A stretch of 64,000 bases of DNA from the NCBI GenBank assembly GCA_002633005.1, contig NMRA01001023.1:4976-68975 (forward strand), read 5' to 3'. The translations under genes were made by a program, and so were the position numbers. This document shows positions 60,101 to 64,000 of the stretch, piece after piece. Numbering within the stretch: position 1 is the stretch's first letter; each line of letters begins with the position of its first letter. The notes below the pieces were generated by a model, which searched no databases, was not told the origin of the DNA, and worked only from the letters and a program-made list of their open reading frames with translations. The stretch comes from Phoronis australis (Eukaryota > Animalia > Phoronida).

Positions 60101-63100
60101 GGCTACCTATGGCTTGCTATGGCTAGCCATGGATGGCTATGGCTTGCTATGGCTAGCTATAGTTGCTCTGGATAGCTCTGGCTAGTTCTGGCTAGCTATG
60201 GCCAGATATGGCTGACTATGGATAGCTTTGGCTAGCTATGACTAACTATGGCTAGCTACGGCTAGCTCTGGATAGCTCTGGCTAGTTCTGGCTAGCCATG
60301 GCTAGCTATGACAAGCTATGGATGGCTTTAGCTAGCTATGGCTAGCTATGGCTAGCTAAGGCTAGCAATGGTTAACTCTGGATAGCTCTGGCTAGCTCTA
60401 GCCACCTATGGCTAGCTATGGATGGCTATGGTTACATATGGCTAGCTATGGTTGCTCTGGATAGCTCTGGTTAGCTATGGGTAGCTATGGCTAGCTATGG
60501 CTAGCTCCGGATAGCTCTGGCTAGTTCTGGCTAGCTATGGCTAGCTATGGATGGCTTTGGCTAGCTGTGGCTATCTATGGCTAACTCTGGATATCTCTGG
60601 CTAGATCTGGCAAGCTATGGCTAGCTATGGAAAGCTATGGATGGCTTTGGCTAGTTATGGCTAGCTATGGCTAGCTATGGCAGACTATGGCTAACACTGG
60701 ATAGCTCTGGCTGGCTCTGGCTAGCTATGGCTAGCTATGGATGGGTATGGCTAGCTCTGGCTAGCTATGGTTAGCTCTGGATAGCTCTGGAAAGCTCTGG
60801 CTAGCTATGGCTAGCTCTGGCTAGCTATGGCTAACTCTGGCAAGCTATGGATAGCTCTGGCTAGCTATGGCTAGCTATGGCAAGCTATGAATGGCTTTGG
60901 CTAGCTATGGCTAGCTATGGCTAGGTATAACTAGCTACGGCTAGCTCTGGATAGCTCTGGTTAGCTCTAGCTAGCTATGGCTAGCTATGGATGGCTATGG
61001 CTAGCTATGGCTAGCTATGGCTAGCTATGGCTAGCTCCGGAGAGCTCTGGCTAGTTCTGGCTAGCTATACCTAGCTATGGATGGGTATGGCTAGCTCTGG
61101 CTAGCTATGGTTAGCTCTGGATAGCTCTGGATAGCTCTGGCTAGCTATGGCTAGCTCTGGCTAGCTATGGCTAACTCTGGCAAGCTATGGATAGCTCTGG
61201 CTAGCTATGGCTAGCTATGGCAAGCTATGAATGGCTTTGGCTAGCTATGGCTAGCTATGGCTAGGTATAACTAGCTACGGCTAGCTCTGGATAGCTCTGG
61301 TTAGCTCTAGCTAGCTATGGCTAGCTATGGATGGCTATGGCTAGCTATGGCTAGCTATGGCTAGCTATGGCTAGCTCCGGAGAGCTCTGGCTAGTTCTGG
61401 CTAGCTATACCTAGCTATGGATGGGTATGGCTAGCTCTGGCTAGCTATGGTTAGCTCTGGATAGCTCTGGATAGCTCTGGCTAGCTATGGCTAGCTCTGG
61501 CTAGCTATGGCTAACTCTGGCAAGCTATGGCTAGCTCCGGATAGCTCTGGCTATTTCTGGCTAGCTATGGCCAGATATGGCTGGCTATGGATAGCTTTGG
61601 CTAGCTATGGCTAGCTATGGCTAGCTACGGCTAGCTCTGGATAGCTCTGGATAATTCTGGCTAGCTATGGCTATCTATGGCCAACTATGGATGGCTATGG
61701 CTAGCTATGGCGAGCTATGACTAGCTCTGACTAGCTCTGGCTAGCTCTGGTAAGCTCTGGTTAGTTCTAGCTAGCTATGGCTAGTTATGGCAAGCTATAG
61801 ATAGATCTGGCTAGTTTTGGCTAGTAATGGCTAGCTCTGGATAGCTCTGGCTAGCTCTGGCTAGCTCTGGCTAGCTCTGGCTAGCTATGGCTAGCTATGG
61901 CTAGCTATAGCTAGCTATGATTGGCTATGACTAGCTCTGGATAGCTGTGGCTAGATCTGGCTAGCTATGGACGGCTTCAGCTAGCTATGGCAAGCTCTGG
62001 CTAGCTATGGTTAGCTCTGGCTAGCTCTGGCTAGCTCTTGCTAGCTCTGGCTAACTCTGCCTAGTTCTGACTAGCTCTGGCTAGTTCTGGCTAGCTATGG
62101 CTAGCTTTGGCTAGCTATGGATGGCTAAGGCTAGCTATGGCTAGCTATGGCTGGCTTTGGCTAGCTATGGCTAAATATGGCTAACTCTGGATAGCTCTGG
62201 CTAGCTATGGCTAGCTATGGATAGCTTTGGTTAGCTATGGCTAGCTCTGGCTAGCTATGGATAGCTATGGCTAACTCTGGCTAGCTCTGGCTAGTTTTGG
62301 TTAGCTATGTATAGCTCTGGATAGCTCTGGCTAGCTCTGGGTAGCTCTGGCTAGCTCTGGCTAGCTCTGGTTAGCTCTGGGTAGCTATGGTTAGCTATGG
62401 ATAGCTATGGCTAGCCATGACTAGCTATGGCTAGCTATTGCTAGGTATGGCTAGCTATGACTAGCTATGGCTAGCTATGGCTAGCTATGGCTAGCTATGA
62501 CTTGCTATGGCTAGCTATGGCTAGCTCTGGCTAGCTCTGGCTAGCTCTGGAAAGCTCTGGCTAGCTCTAGCTAGCTCTGGCTAGCTATGGCAACCTTGGG
62601 CTAGCTATGGCTAGCTCTGGGTAGCTCTGGCTATTTCCGGATAGCTATGGCTAGCTATGGCTAGCTATGGATGGCTATGGCTAGCTATGGCTAACACTGG
62701 ATAGCTCTGGCTAGCTATGGCTAGCTATGGCTAGCTCCCGATAGTTCTGGCTAGTTCTGGCTAGCCATGGCTAGCTATGGCAAGCTATGGATGGCTAAGG
62801 CTACCTATGGCTAGCTATGGATGGCTATGGCTAGCTATGGCTAGCTATGGCTCTCACTGGATAACTCTGGCTAACTCTGGCTAGCTACGGCTAGCTATGG
62901 CTAGCTATGGCTAGCTATGGATGGCTATGGCTAGCGATGGCTAACTCTGGAGAGCTCTTGCTAGTTCTGGCGAGCTATGGCTAGCTATGACTCTGGCTAG
63001 CTCTGGCTAGCTATGGCTAGCTATGCATGGCTATGGCTATCTATGGCTAGTTATGGCTAGCTCTGGCTAGCTGTGGCTAGCTCTGGTTTACTATGGATGG

Positions 63101-64000
63101 CTTTAGCTAGCTATGGCTAGCTATTGGTAGGTATGGATAGCTCTGGATAGCTCTGGCTAGCACTGGCTAGCTCTGGCTAACTCTGGCTAGCTCTGACTAG
63201 CTATGGCTAGCTATGGATAGCTCTGGGTAGCTCTGGCTAGCTCTGGCTATCTCTGGCTAGCTCTAGCTAGCTATGGCTTGGTATGTCTAACTATGGCTAG
63301 GTCTGGGTAGCTCTGGATAGCTTTGGCTAGCTCTAGCTAGCTCTGGGTAGCTATGGCAACCTTTGGCTAGCTATGGCTAGCTCTGGGTAGCTCTAGCTAG
63401 TTCTGGCTAGCTACGGCTAGCTATGGCTTGCTGTGGTTAGCTCTGGCTAGCTCTGGCTAGCTCTGGCTAGCTCTCGCTAGCTCTGGTTAGCTCTGGCTAG
63501 CTATGGCTAGCTATGGCTAGCTATGGATGGCTATGGCTAGCTATGGCTAGCTATGGATGGCTATGGCTAGCTATGGCTAGCTCTGGCTAGCTATGGCTAG
63601 CTATGGCTAGCTATGGATGGCTATGGCTAGCTATGGCTAGCTATGGCTAGCTATGGTTAGCTCTGGATAGCTCTGGCTTGCTCTGGCTAGCTATGGCTAG
63701 CTATGGCTAGCTATGGATGGCTATGGCTAGCTATGGCCAGCTATGGCTAGCTATGGATAGTTTTGGCTAGCTATGGCTAGCTCTGGATAGCTCTGGCTAG
63801 TTCTGGCTAGCTCTGGCTAGCTCTGGCTAGCTCTGGCTAGCTCTGGCTAGCTATGGATGGCTGTGGCTAGCTATGGCGAGCTATGACTAGCTCTGGCTAG
63901 CTCTGGCAAGATCTGGTTAGCTGTGGCTAGGTATGGCTAGTTATGGCTCCCTCTGGCTCGCTCTGGTTAGCTATCACTAATTATCGCTAGCTATGTTAAG
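57196..64000. repeat. 10-bp satellite II (GGCTAGCTAT / GGCTAGCTCT)n, runs off window end
   Basis: ~6.8 kb of tandem 10-mers; block ~57215-57625 is in the opposite orientation. Confidence 0.98.

Noticed and set aside
56059-64000. CRISPR-like or coding tandem array
   Set aside because: No unique spacers; eukaryotic context; stops in all frames

Overview
AT-rich eukaryotic (invertebrate-like metazoan) genomic DNA from a draft assembly, with N gaps at 12871-13057 and 39075-39985 and single-N joins at 19960, 21959, 24971, 48908 and 57141. Main contents: (1) a multi-exon WDR36/UTP21 gene on the minus strand (ATG at 49119, stop at 29776), with its middle exons lost in a gap; (2) a convergent cluster of GM2-activator-like (ML-domain) genes on the plus strand, made up of one complete 4-exon gene at 22571-28162, a 5'-incomplete paralog at 16197-19046 and an orphan last exon at 492-644; (3) a near-identical ~11.7 kb duplication (1-11699 vs 27516-39074) carrying the GM2A last exon and the 3' half of WDR36, which is either an uncollapsed haplotype or a recent segmental duplication; (4) a disrupted RT-RNase H non-LTR retrotransposon, a THAP/Kolobok-like transposon derivative built from two inward-facing 5' ends, and several MITEs and tRNA-headed SINEs; (5) ~8 kb of two related 10-bp satellites (56059-64000) with an internal inversion and higher-order repeats. 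I cannot support a new multi-gene system. The most unusual items are the double-5'-end Kolobok element, the satellite architecture and a candidate intronic H/ACA RNA.
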